Below are positions 44,305-53,743 of a stretch of DNA of 64,000 nt, in pieces (position 1 is the first letter of the stretch; each line of letters starts with the position of its first letter). The translations under genes and the position numbers were made by a program. This stretch comes from Bacteroidales bacterium (GTDB lineage Bacteria; Bacteroidota; Bacteroidia; Bacteroidales; GCA-2748055). Where the stretch lies: the NCBI GenBank assembly GCA_046485075.1, contig JAWOHR010000212.1, positions 422-64,421 on the forward strand, written 5' to 3'. The notes beneath the pieces were generated by a model that saw only the letters and a program-made list of their open reading frames with translations, did no database searches and was not told the origin of the DNA.

Positions 44305-45235
44305 CCTATTGAAACGTACCATTAAACAATACCTGTTGATTGTCCTACGTGGCATGGGGATGGGTGCAGCGGATGTAATTCCGGGAGTATCCGGGGGTAC
44401 CATTGCCTTTATAACCGGGATTTACGAAGAGCTGGTCCAATCCATAAAGAGCATTAATATTGAAGCCTTAAAGTTCCTTTTTACCGGACATTGGAAATCA
44501 TTTTGGAAACAGGTAAACGGAAACTTCCTGCTGGCAGTATTTGGCGGTGTTTTCATATCTGTACTCTCACTGGCGAAAGTCATGGAGTTCTTACTGGAGG
44601 AGCATCCCATCCTGATCTGGTCATTCTTTTTTGGACTTATCCTTGCTTCCTCCTATGTGGTCTCCAGGAAAATCACAAAGTGGGAATATGCCTATGTGGT
44701 GGCTCTGGTTACCGGGATCGCCGTGGCATTCTATATCACGAGTGTGACCCCTTCAACAACCACAGATGCATCCTGGTTTGTAGTTCTTTCGGGAGGCCTG
44801 GCAAGTTGTGCAATGATCCTTCCCGGAATTTCAGGCAGTTTCATTTTACTTCTGCTGGGGAAATACGAATTTGCGCTTCAGGCAGTCAATGAAAGGATGG
44901 TGATGGACCTTCTGTTGCTTGGGGGAGGGGCTGTAGTCGGCCTGATCCTATTTTCGAACCTGCTTGCCTGGTTGTTAAAAAATTTCCACGATGCTACGGT
45001 CGCATTACTGGTGGGATTCATGATCGGCTCCCTGAACAAGATATGGCCCTGGAAACAAACCATCAAAACCATCATCGTGGATGACCAGGTGAGGCCCCTC
45101 ATTGAGAAGAACATTCTGCCCTCCTTCAGAGAATCTGGAGACCTGGTTTTAATGGCCTTCCTGATGGCCCTGGCGGGCATAGCCATCATTGTCCTGATTG
45201 AGATTGTCCTGACTAAAAATACCTCCTCCGAATAG
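44252..45235 (+). CDS. DUF368 family membrane protein (candidate undecaprenyl-phosphate translocase family)
   Basis: Hallmark DVIPGVSGGTIAFITGIYEEL and a second PGISGSFILLLLG repeat. The true start is probably downstream of 44304 (TTG at 44309 or the MGMG Met), which removes the 53-nt overlap with comA. Confidence 0.85.
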   Translation: MILFSTYYPKSSIPENCNLLKRTIKQYLLIVLRGMGMGAADVIPGVSGGTIAFITGIYEELVQSIKSINIEALKFLFTGHWKSFWKQVNGNFLLAVFGGVFISVLSLAKVMEFLLEEHPILIWSFFFGLILASSYVVSRKITKWEYAYVVALVTGIAVAFYITSVTPSTTTDASWFVVLSGGLASCAMILPGISGSFILLLLGKYEFALQAVNERMVMDLLLLGGGAVVGLILFSNLLAWLLKNFHDATVALLVGFMIGSLNKIWPWKQTIKTIIVDDQVRPLIEKNILPSFRESGDLVLMAFLMALAGIAIIVLIEIVLTKNTSSE

Positions 45236-45254
45236 CATCCTTCTTACAGACTTT

Positions 45255-46007
45255 ATGGACCTTCGACTATACGGACTGATCGGTTTTCCCCTGGGACACA
45301 GTTTTTCGGTTCCTTATTTCACAAGGAAGTTTAGTTTGGAGAATATCGAAGCTGAATATCGAAACTTTCCACTGGAAGAAATAGGTGACTTCGGGGAGCT
45401 GGTCAGAAGGGAGCCCCGTTTGGCGGGACTTAATGTAACGGTTCCTTATAAGCAAAGGATCATTCCCTATCTGGACGCATTGCACCCCACGGCCAGAAGC
45501 ATCGGTGCGGTGAATACCATTTTCTTTTGCAGGAAGGAAAAGCGCTTATCTTTGCTTGGGTATAACACCGACGTTCATGGTTTCGAGCGTTCCCTGAAGG
45601 AGCACCTCACGCCAGATCACCGTCAGGCACTGGTCCTTGGAACCGGTGGCTCTTCAAAAGCGGTTATTTTTGTCCTGCGAAGTCTGGGCATTGCATTTCA
45701 ATTGGTGAGCCGGGTAAGGGGAGAGGGGCTCCTTTCATACGACCAGATTGACCGGGAGATTATGGAGAGTCATACCCTGATTGTCAATACCACCCCTCTG
45801 GGTATGTATCCTGCGGTGGATGCCTGTCCTGAAATTCCATACCATGCCATCACCCCGGGGCATTTGCTTTTTGACCTGATTTATAATCCTGAAATGACCC
45901 GGTTCTTAAGCCTTGGTCGCGAGAAGGGTGCAACCATTGTAAATGGATTCGATATGTTGGTCTACCAGGCCGAAGGTTCATGGGAAATCTGGAACAAAAA
46001 GAGATAG
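45255..46007 (+). CDS. aroE: shikimate dehydrogenase
   Basis: GLIGFPLGHSFS, NVTVPYKQ and GTGGSSKAV motifs. Confidence 0.9.
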   Translation: MDLRLYGLIGFPLGHSFSVPYFTRKFSLENIEAEYRNFPLEEIGDFGELVRREPRLAGLNVTVPYKQRIIPYLDALHPTARSIGAVNTIFFCRKEKRLSLLGYNTDVHGFERSLKEHLTPDHRQALVLGTGGSSKAVIFVLRSLGIAFQLVSRVRGEGLLSYDQIDREIMESHTLIVNTTPLGMYPAVDACPEIPYHAITPGHLLFDLIYNPEMTRFLSLGREKGATIVNGFDMLVYQAEGSWEIWNKKR

Positions 46008-46013
46008 GAAACA

Positions 46014-46799
46014 ATGGCATCTGTTTTCCATAAACCATTCACCATCACATCCTACGAATTAAATCCCGGGGGTGATGCCCGGCTGACCACCATTGCCAAC
46101 TATTTCCAGGAGGTCGCGTATCATCATGCCAATGAGCTGGGTTTTGGATATGAACAGATGAAAGAGCGCCGAACCCTTTGGATGCTCTCCCGCATGAAGA
46201 TCCGCATGTTCAGTTACCCTGCCTGGAACGACAGGGTCATTGTGGAGACCTGGCCAAGCGGGATAGATAAATTATTTGCCCTGAGAGATTTTCGTGTAAC
46301 CAATCCTGAAGGAAATTCACTTGGAATTGCCACAACCTGCTGGTTGATTGTAAATTTGGATACCCACAGGCCCATCCGTCCGGGAGCTGAACTGGAGCGT
46401 TTTTCGCGGATCGAATATGGCGAACCTGTCTTCGATTCAAACCTCGAAAAAATTGAGCTGCCTGTCGAACCCGTATCACTGGGCCGGCACACTGTCGTTT
46501 TCTCCGACCTGGATATAGTGGGCCATGTGAACAATGTGAAGTACATGGACTGGTGTATTGATGCTGCCATGACTGAAGGATTGAATGATCAGGCAATCAT
46601 GGAATTTGAGATTAATTTTCTTCATGAAGCGCTCCTGAATAATCATGTGGTGATCAAAGGGGTGGAGGAGGCGCCCGGATCCGGCAGACCGGAACGTTCC
46701 CAAACCCTGGTGGCAACGAGGGAAGAGGACGGACTGGAGCTGATCCGTGCAAGAATACAATGGAAGCCTACATGCAATGAAACGGTATTTCACGAATAG
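46014..46799 (+). CDS. acyl-ACP thioesterase (FatA/B-like double hotdog)
   Basis: The N-terminal pattern (FTITSYELNPGGDARLTTIANYFQEVAYHHANELG) and the length fit the acyl-ACP thioesterase family. Confidence 0.85.
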   Translation: MASVFHKPFTITSYELNPGGDARLTTIANYFQEVAYHHANELGFGYEQMKERRTLWMLSRMKIRMFSYPAWNDRVIVETWPSGIDKLFALRDFRVTNPEGNSLGIATTCWLIVNLDTHRPIRPGAELERFSRIEYGEPVFDSNLEKIELPVEPVSLGRHTVVFSDLDIVGHVNNVKYMDWCIDAAMTEGLNDQAIMEFEINFLHEALLNNHVVIKGVEEAPGSGRPERSQTLVATREEDGLELIRARIQWKPTCNETVFHE

Positions 46800-47560
46800 G
46801 TGAACCCTTCATAACCGATATCCACAAGGAACAATCCGGCCGCCGGAACAGACTGACCGGCATCTCTGCGGTTCCGGGCATCAACGATCCGTTGAAAACC
46901 CTGCGCATCAAGCTTGCCCTGACCGGCTTCCAGCATGGTACCTGCAAGCGACCGAACCATGTTTCTAAGAAACCGGTCCGCCTTGATTTCAAAAAGATAT
47001 CCGCTTTCCATATGGCTCCAATGTGCAGTGATCACCTTGCAGTGGTTGTTTTTAACATCGCTGTGTAACTTGCTGAAGCTGGTGAAATCTCTGGTGTTTA
47101 AAATGATTTCACAACACTGCTCCATGACTTCCATATCAAGCTCCCCATAAAGGTAATGGGAATAGGCACGGTTGAACAGGGGCTTTATAGAGGAGATCTG
47201 GTAGTGGTAGGTTCGGTAAATGGCCGAAAACCTTGCGTGCATGTCGGAGCCGACTTCCCGGATCCCGTAAATCACGATGTCTTCAGGCAGAAATCTATTC
47301 AGCCTGAAAAGAAACCGGGGATCATCAGGCCCGGAGAAATTCCCGGAGTAGCTTTTTTTAAGGAAGTCAAAATGCGCAATGAAGCGGGATGCGTGAACAC
47401 CCGTATCAGTCCTGCCTGCTCCGGTTACCTGTATTTTCTCCTGCAACAATATGGAAAGGGCATTTTCAAGAACCTCCTGAACTGTTTTACAGCTGGGTTG
47501 TATCTGCCAGCCATGGTATCCGGTCCCGTCAAAGGCCATGTGAATGAAATACCTGCTCAT
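46790..47560 (-). CDS. truA: tRNA pseudouridine(38-40) synthase
   Basis: Catalytic Asp motif (GAGRTDTGVHA) and TruA length. Confidence 0.93.
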   Translation of the reverse strand: MSRYFIHMAFDGTGYHGWQIQPSCKTVQEVLENALSILLQEKIQVTGAGRTDTGVHASRFIAHFDFLKKSYSGNFSGPDDPRFLFRLNRFLPEDIVIYGIREVGSDMHARFSAIYRTYHYQISSIKPLFNRAYSHYLYGELDMEVMEQCCEIILNTRDFTSFSKLHSDVKNNHCKVITAHWSHMESGYLFEIKADRFLRNMVRSLAGTMLEAGQGKLDAQGFQRIVDARNRRDAGQSVPAAGLFLVDIGYEGFTYS

Positions 47561-47706
47561 GGTTCTGCAAAATTTCTTAAAAATACCCTTTTATTAACAT
47601 TTTTTAACCCCAGGCCCCTTTCTTATGGAGAAATTCGAGGCTATTTTTGTGCTCCAAAAGTTATGGAGAACATAACGAAATGATTATTAACTAAAAGAAT
47701 CCATAG

Positions 47707-48702
47707 ATGAGTCAGGAAGTGAATATCAAAGAGCTGAATGAAAGGATCAAAAAGGAAAGTGAATTTGTTGATCTGATCAACCTGGAGATACATAAAGTGA
47801 TTGTGGGTCAGAAGAGCCTGGTGGAACGGCTGCTCATTGGACTTCTATCCGACGGACACATCCTGCTTGAAGGAGTTCCGGGTCTGGCAAAAACCCTGGC
47901 TATTACCACGCTCTCCCAAACCATTGATGCTAAATTCAGCCGGATCCAGTTCACACCCGATCTTCTGCCGGCCGATCTGCTGGGAACCATGATCTATAGT
48001 CAGAAAAGAGAAGAATTTTTGGTAAGGAAAGGACCCATTTTTGCCAATCTGATTCTTGCAGATGAAATTAACCGCTCCCCTGCCAAGGTACAGAGTGCCC
48101 TGCTTGAGGCCATGCAGGAGAAGCAGGTGACCATCGGGGAGGAGACCTATCCACTGGAGAGGCCGTTCCTGGTGTTGGCCACACAGAACCCTCTTGAGCA
48201 GGAGGGAACCTATCCTCTGCCGGAGGCCCAGGTTGACCGTTTCATGATGAAGGTAATGGTTACCTATCCCAGCCGCGAAGAGGAGAAGCTGATTATAAGG
48301 GAGAACCTGGCCAGTGTATTCCCGAAAGCAATTCAGATTTTAAAACCCTCCGATATCATGAAAGCCAGGGAGGTGGTTAAGGAGGTTTACCTGGATGAAA
48401 AGATTGAGAACTATATCCTTGATATTGTTTTTGCCACCCGAAACCCCGAAAAGGCTGGTTTGGCACAATTTGTGCCCCTGATCCATTACGGGGGATCACC
48501 GCGTGCCAGCATTAATCTGGCCAGAGCAGCCAAGGCTTATGCCTTTATCAAAAGAAGGGGTTATGTGGTACCGGAGGATATCAGGGCAGTATGTCATGAT
48601 GTACTCAGGCACAGGATCGGATTAACATATGAGGCAGAAGCAGAGAACATTTCAACCGAAAACATTATATCTGAGATATTGAACAATGTAGAGGTCCCGT
48701 AG
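47707..48702 (+). CDS. MoxR-family AAA+ ATPase (first gene of the Bat-type operon)
   Basis: Walker A (GVPGLAKT), Walker B (LILADEINR) and MoxR-typical TQNPLEQEGTYPLPEAQVDRF. Confidence 0.93.
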   Translation: MSQEVNIKELNERIKKESEFVDLINLEIHKVIVGQKSLVERLLIGLLSDGHILLEGVPGLAKTLAITTLSQTIDAKFSRIQFTPDLLPADLLGTMIYSQKREEFLVRKGPIFANLILADEINRSPAKVQSALLEAMQEKQVTIGEETYPLERPFLVLATQNPLEQEGTYPLPEAQVDRFMMKVMVTYPSREEEKLIIRENLASVFPKAIQILKPSDIMKAREVVKEVYLDEKIENYILDIVFATRNPEKAGLAQFVPLIHYGGSPRASINLARAAKAYAFIKRRGYVVPEDIRAVCHDVLRHRIGLTYEAEAENISTENIISEILNNVEVP

Positions 48703-48707
48703 GAAAG

Positions 48708-49118
48708 ATGAAAACGATCTTTTTCATATGCGCTGTCCTCCTTGGATTCGGAAGCCATCTATACAGTCAGACCATGGTAGGGCTCTCCAAGGACGAGGTA
48801 ATTGCTGCTGTAAATAAGGATCATAAGGAGTTTCACAAGGATGATTCGGTAATCAAACAGAGGTTCAACTACCTGAAATATGTGAACGGACCCCGCACCA
48901 GAACCTGGATCATCTATTTCAATGATCAGGATGTTTGCAGGAGTTCAAAGATGGTATGCGACTATTCCGATTTCGATTTGGTACTTAAGGATATCAACAG
49001 CAGGTTCAAACAGAAGGAGGAGTCGTTGTGGGAGTTCCAGGCCGGTTCCGATACCATCCAGGTTGAACTCATCAGACTGGAGTGGTATTTCACCATTCGG
49101 GAATCGAAAAAATTATAG
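48708..49118 (+). CDS. small hypothetical secreted protein inserted between the moxR and DUF58 genes
   Basis: 136-aa ORF with a signal peptide (IFFICAVLLGFGSHLYSQ). No recognisable family. Confidence 0.45.
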   Translation: MKTIFFICAVLLGFGSHLYSQTMVGLSKDEVIAAVNKDHKEFHKDDSVIKQRFNYLKYVNGPRTRTWIIYFNDQDVCRSSKMVCDYSDFDLVLKDINSRFKQKEESLWEFQAGSDTIQVELIRLEWYFTIRESKKL

Positions 49119-49984
49119 TCTTGGAAGCAAAAGAACTCTTAAAGAAAGTACGGAAGATTGAGATCAAGACCCGCGGTCTTTCCCGGCAAATCTTTGCCGG
49201 TGAATACCACAGCGCCTATAAGGGGCGGGGGATGACCTTCTCTGAAGTTCGGGAATACCAGTACGGAGACGATATTCGCACCATCGACTGGAATGTCACA
49301 GCAAGGTTTAACCACCCGTATGTGAAAGTTTTTGAGGAGGAGCGGGAGCTTACGGTTATGCTCCTGATCGATGTAAGTGGATCGGGCAGTTTCGGAACAG
49401 AGCAGCAGATGAAACGTGATTTGATTACTGAAATCTCCGCTGTTTTATCCTTTTCGGCCATTGAAAATAATGACAAGATCGGGGTAATCATGTTCAGCGA
49501 CCGGATCGAAAAATTCATTCCTCCCCAGAAGGGACGCAAGCATATCCTCAGGATCATCAGGGAACTCATCGAGTTTCAACCTGTCAGTAAGGGCACAGAT
49601 ATTTCTGAGAGCCTGCGGTTTCTTACCAATGCCATCAAGAAACGATGTACTGCATTTGTCATCTCCGATTTCCGGGACAAGGGGTATGCCAGGTCGCTGC
49701 AGGTGGCAAATAACAAACATGATGTGGCTGCCCTTCACATCTATGACCGGAGAGAATCTTCCCTGCCCTCAGTAGGACTAATCAGGGTCCTGGATGCTGA
49801 GACCGGCCGTGAACGCTGGGTCGACACATCCAGTCGCCGGGTCAGGGAAAGCTATACAATGAAGTGGGAGAGTCACGAAGAGATGATGAAGGAGATATTT
49901 ACCCGTGCAGGTGTGGATCATGTCTCACTTCGTACTGGTACCGACTATGTCAAACCGCTGATCAGGCTGTTTAAGAAGAGATAA
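49082..49984 (+). CDS. DUF58 domain protein (MoxR-associated, VWA-like)
   Basis: Hallmark REYQYGDDIRTIDWNVTAR. The real start is probably the TTG at 49121, just after the upstream stop. Confidence 0.88.
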   Translation: MVFHHSGIEKIIVLEAKELLKKVRKIEIKTRGLSRQIFAGEYHSAYKGRGMTFSEVREYQYGDDIRTIDWNVTARFNHPYVKVFEEERELTVMLLIDVSGSGSFGTEQQMKRDLITEISAVLSFSAIENNDKIGVIMFSDRIEKFIPPQKGRKHILRIIRELIEFQPVSKGTDISESLRFLTNAIKKRCTAFVISDFRDKGYARSLQVANNKHDVAALHIYDRRESSLPSVGLIRVLDAETGRERWVDTSSRRVRESYTMKWESHEEMMKEIFTRAGVDHVSLRTGTDYVKPLIRLFKKR

Positions 49985-49985
49985 C

Positions 49986-50969
49986 ATGAAGGATTGGGTT
50001 AGACATATTTTCTCATTTTCCCTCCTTTGGATCGTCATGGTGCTACAGGCACAAATCATCACTGTGCAATCGAAACTCAGCTCCGATTCAATGATGATCG
50101 GTGACCATCTGTTGTTTACCATCCATGTGGAGTCTGCCAGGGATGTAGCCTTCCGGATGCCAATGGTTACCGATACACTTAGCAGGGACCTGGAGGTACT
50201 TGCTCCGTTCAGGGCAGATACCGTTCAAACCGGTGAGGGAGGATGGGTGATCGACCATTCCTATATTATTACAGCTTTTGAACCGGGATTAAAGTTGATT
50301 CCGGCTCAGCGGGTAATCTACACCATCCATTCGACCACCGATACAGCCCTCAGCATGCCACTGTTGATCCATATCTACGCACCAGCCGTGGATACCTCAC
50401 AACAGATAAAACCCATTAAGCCTCCATTGAATACCCCCGTTACTCTGAAGGAGATTATTCCATGGGCGGTTTTGGGAATTGTGGTATGGCTTGCGGGTAC
50501 TTTGATATTTGCACTGATATGGATGTACAGACAACGAAAACGCGACCCGGAGATTTTCTCCATCAAGCCGCAGGAACCCGCCCATATTGTCGCTTTCAGG
50601 GAGCTTGACAGGCTGAAGAATAAGAAATTATGGGAATCAGGACAGGTGAAACTGTACTATACGGAGCTTACAGAAATAACCAGACGATATATCGAGCGTC
50701 AATACGGAATTCCCGCCCTTGAGAGAACCACCTGCGAGATCCTGCAGGCCTTTCGAAGGTCCAATACAGAGGACCCTCTTTTGGATGAGATGTTAAAGGA
50801 TTTACTGGAGCTGGCCGACCTTGTCAAATTTGCCAAAGAGGATCCGCTTCCTTTGGAGAATCAGACTAATCTGAACAATGCGTATCTGTTTGTGCAGAAA
50901 ACATATCCCATGTTCCTGGAGGAAAAAACGGAGGAATTGAAATTAACAGAGGAGGAGAGTCATGAGTAA
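49986..50969 (+). CDS. hypothetical single-pass membrane protein of the Bat operon
   Basis: Signal peptide, an extracytoplasmic domain, a TM helix (WAVLGIVVWLAGTLIFALIWMY) and a cytoplasmic tail. The stop overlaps the batA start. Confidence 0.6.
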   Translation: MKDWVRHIFSFSLLWIVMVLQAQIITVQSKLSSDSMMIGDHLLFTIHVESARDVAFRMPMVTDTLSRDLEVLAPFRADTVQTGEGGWVIDHSYIITAFEPGLKLIPAQRVIYTIHSTTDTALSMPLLIHIYAPAVDTSQQIKPIKPPLNTPVTLKEIIPWAVLGIVVWLAGTLIFALIWMYRQRKRDPEIFSIKPQEPAHIVAFRELDRLKNKKLWESGQVKLYYTELTEITRRYIERQYGIPALERTTCEILQAFRRSNTEDPLLDEMLKDLLELADLVKFAKEDPLPLENQTNLNNAYLFVQKTYPMFLEEKTEELKLTEEESHE

Positions 50970-51957
50970 CCTGGAATTTGCATATCCGGCCTTCTTCTGG
51001 GCACTGGTGCTTCTGCCGCTGATGATCCTCTGGTACATTTTCCGCGGAAGGAAAAGTACAAGTTCGATGACCCTTTCAGGGTTTGAAAACCTGGATGAAC
51101 GGGTGGGGTCGTCAAGGATCTGGCTGAGGCACCTCCTGGCTCTCCTCCGGCTCTCCGTGGTAAGCCTGATTGTGGTGGTACTGGCCAGACCCCAGTCCTC
51201 TAACAAGTGGGAACAGGTTACTACCGAAGGGATTGACATCGTAATGTGTATGGATGTTTCAGGGAGTATGCGAGCGATGGATTTCAGGCCCAACAGGCTG
51301 GAGGCTTCCAAAGATGTGGGAATTGAATTTGTAAATGCCCGGGAGAATGACCGGTTCGGACTTGTTGTATTTGCAGGTGAAAGTTTCACCCAGTGTCCCA
51401 TGACCACCGACAGGGGAGTCGTGATCAATTTTCTTAATGATATCGATTTCGGGGTGATTGAAGACGGGACAGCTATCGGAATGGGACTTGCAACCGCTGT
51501 GAACAGGATCAAGGATAGTCGTGCTAAAAGCAAGGTCGTGATTCTGCTTACCGACGGGGTCAATAACCAGGGAGATGTGGGACCTCTTACTGCTGCGGAA
51601 ATTGCTGCCAGCTTCGGGATTCGGGTATATACCATCGGAGTGGGTACCCAGGGAACAGCCCCGGTACCGGTGCAGGATGCCTTTGGGCGGATGGTGACCA
51701 GAAACATGCCCGTGGAGATTGATGAGGATGTTTTAAAGAAAATTGCCGAGACTACCGATGGCACCTATTTCAGGGCCACAGATAACCGCAAGCTCAGGGA
51801 GATCTATCAGCAGATTGATCAGATGGAGAAGACAAGGTTGGATGTGAAGCAGTTCAGCAAAAGAAAGGAAGAGTATTTTCCATTCCTGCTTGCAGCCATG
51901 CTGATCCTCCTGTTTGAGATCATGCTCAGGTATACCATATTCAGAACCATACCATAA
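50962..51957 (+). CDS. batA: VWA domain membrane protein BatA
   Basis: N-terminal TM helices and a VWA MIDAS motif (DVSGSM ... LLTDGVNN). Confidence 0.88.
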   Translation: MSNLEFAYPAFFWALVLLPLMILWYIFRGRKSTSSMTLSGFENLDERVGSSRIWLRHLLALLRLSVVSLIVVVLARPQSSNKWEQVTTEGIDIVMCMDVSGSMRAMDFRPNRLEASKDVGIEFVNARENDRFGLVVFAGESFTQCPMTTDRGVVINFLNDIDFGVIEDGTAIGMGLATAVNRIKDSRAKSKVVILLTDGVNNQGDVGPLTAAEIAASFGIRVYTIGVGTQGTAPVPVQDAFGRMVTRNMPVEIDEDVLKKIAETTDGTYFRATDNRKLREIYQQIDQMEKTRLDVKQFSKRKEEYFPFLLAAMLILLFEIMLRYTIFRTIP

Positions 51958-51959
51958 TT

Positions 51960-53003
51960 ATGATACAGTTTGCACATAAAGAGATACTCTGGTTCCTGAC
52001 TGCCGTGCTGCTCATGCTGGTTGGCTACAGCCTTTACTGGAGGCACAGGAGGCGCTCCATTGAAAGAATGGGTGACCCGGAATTGATGGCATTGCTGATG
52101 CCTGATGCCTCTGTTAGTGCCCACCAATGGAAATTTTTCCTGCTCCTGATGGGAACTACCCTGTTGATTGTCGCTGCGTCAGGACCGAGATTGGGTTCAA
52201 AACTGGAGGAAATTGATTTGAAGGGGCGCGAGATCATCATTGCCCTCGATGTATCCAACAGTATGCTGGCCGAAGACATCAAACCCTCCCGGCTCGAGCG
52301 CTCGAGGCAGATGATTAACCGAATGGTCGACCGTATGACCAATGATAAGATCGGGTTAATCGTCTTTGCCGGGGATGCCTATACACAAATCCCCATCACA
52401 GACGACTACCCCAGTGTGAAGATGTTTCTGGAAGGTGCCGGACCCGACATGGTTTCCAAGCAGGGTACTGCCATCGGAGCAGCAATAAACCTGGCCACCA
52501 GATCGTTTTCAGGCTCTTCCGAAGAACGTTCCGATGACAGGGTTCTGCCCAGCCAGGCCATTGTGGTCATTACCGACGGGGAGAACCATGAGGATGATGC
52601 GGTGGGAGAAGCAAAGGCGGCTGCCGAAAGAGGGATAAAAGTCTATACGGTGGGACTGGGTGATCCTAACGGAGTGCCCATCCCCATGAGTCCGGGAAGC
52701 AGTTCAACACGGCGCGACCGTGAAGGTCAGGTTGTGGTAAGCAAACTGAATGAGAAGTTATTGAAGGAGGTGGCCACAGCCGGTAACGGGGCCTATATTG
52801 CCGGCGACCGGATCAACAGCCTTCTGGATGAACTGGATCAGTTGGAAAAGAGAGATATAGATACGCATGTATTTTCAGATTTTGCTGAAAGATTCCAGTA
52901 TTTTGCCGGGTTTTCGCTTCTCTTTCTGTTCCTGGAGTTTATGATCCGATCCAGAAAAAATCCCATTTTGAAACGATACAACCTTTTCAAAACAGAGAAG
53001 TGA
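51960..53003 (+). CDS. batB: VWA domain membrane protein BatB
   Basis: MIDAS motif (DVSNSM ... VITDGENH), with N- and C-terminal TM helices. Confidence 0.88.
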   Translation: MIQFAHKEILWFLTAVLLMLVGYSLYWRHRRRSIERMGDPELMALLMPDASVSAHQWKFFLLLMGTTLLIVAASGPRLGSKLEEIDLKGREIIIALDVSNSMLAEDIKPSRLERSRQMINRMVDRMTNDKIGLIVFAGDAYTQIPITDDYPSVKMFLEGAGPDMVSKQGTAIGAAINLATRSFSGSSEERSDDRVLPSQAIVVITDGENHEDDAVGEAKAAAERGIKVYTVGLGDPNGVPIPMSPGSSSTRRDREGQVVVSKLNEKLLKEVATAGNGAYIAGDRINSLLDELDQLEKRDIDTHVFSDFAERFQYFAGFSLLFLFLEFMIRSRKNPILKRYNLFKTEK

Positions 53004-53722
53004 TGAGAATGGCAAAAATCGCAATGGCATGCCTGATGGTAACAATTTCCTTTTCCATGCAGGCACAAAATGACCGCAAAGTGATCCGTCAGGGTATAAA
53101 ATCTTATGATCATGGCGATTTCAGTGAGGCAGAGGTGCAATTCAGAAAAGCGAAGGACATGAATCATGAGTCATTTGAGGCGGAGTACAATACCGGGGCA
53201 GCTCTTTATAAACAGGAGAAGTTCGAAGAGAGTTCCAAACAGTATTTGAACCTGGCCCAAAAAGCAGAGGATCCGAATTCCATGGGCAATGTGTGGCACA
53301 ATATTGGAAACAGCCTCCTTGAATCTCAAAAATATGGGGAGAGCATTGAAGCCTACAAAAACAGCCTCCGTTTAAACCCCAAAGATCAGGATACCAAGTA
53401 CAACCTTGCCTATGCCATGCAGAAGTTGCAGGAGCAGCAGCAGCAAGAACAAAATCAGGACCAGAACCAGGATCAGCAGGATCAACAGAAGCAGGATCAG
53501 CAAGAACAAAATCGGGACCAGAACCAGGATCAGCAGGATCAACAGAATCAGGATCAGCAGGATCAACAGAAGCAGGATCAGCAAGATCAACCCATGCAGA
53601 TCTCAAGGGAGGATGCTCAGCGCATGCTCGACGCCATACAGCAACAGGAGAAGGATGTAAAGGAAAAGGTAGATGAGAAAAAGGCTGCTGCTGCCAAGGT
53701 AAAAACAGAAAAGGATTGGTAA
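53000..53722 (+). CDS. batC: TPR protein BatC with a Gln/Asp-rich low-complexity tail
   Basis: Signal peptide, TPR repeats, operon position after batB, and a C-terminal QDQ repeat region. Confidence 0.75.
   Translation: MMRMAKIAMACLMVTISFSMQAQNDRKVIRQGIKSYDHGDFSEAEVQFRKAKDMNHESFEAEYNTGAALYKQEKFEESSKQYLNLAQKAEDPNSMGNVWHNIGNSLLESQKYGESIEAYKNSLRLNPKDQDTKYNLAYAMQKLQEQQQQEQNQDQNQDQQDQQKQDQQEQNRDQNQDQQDQQNQDQQDQQKQDQQDQPMQISREDAQRMLDAIQQQEKDVKEKVDEKKAAAAKVKTEKDW
53432..53590 (+). repeat. in-frame tandem repeat inside batC (a 57-nt unit duplicated, with an extra 24-nt internal duplication in the second copy)
   Basis: Unit 1 (53447-53503) and unit 2 (53504-53584) are near-identical. They differ by one a/g change and a 24-nt insertion, and they encode QEQN(Q/R)DQNQDQQDQQ(NQDQQDQQ)KQDQQ. 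Confidence 0.85.
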
Positions 53723-53743
53723 ATTGCACGACTTTAAATCCGG

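Noticed and set aside
50943-51764. 273-aa minus-strand ORF covering batA
   Set aside because: It is antisense to a VWA gene with intact MIDAS motifs. The translation is Ser/Thr/Pro/Ala-rich with no start context or family resemblance, so it is a shadow ORF.
53432-53590. Tandem repeats considered as a possible CRISPR-like or non-coding repeat array
   Set aside because: The repeats are contiguous with no spacers, their lengths are multiples of three, and they lie in frame within batC. They are a coding low-complexity expansion, not an array.
53142-53729. 195-aa minus-strand ORF, plus the 72-aa poly-Leu/Ile ORF (53372-53590) and the 84-aa + strand ORF (53406-53660)
   Set aside because: All three are by-products of the CAG/GAT-rich tandem repeat in batC read in other frames. 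Only the batC frame continues into TPR repeats and fits the operon.
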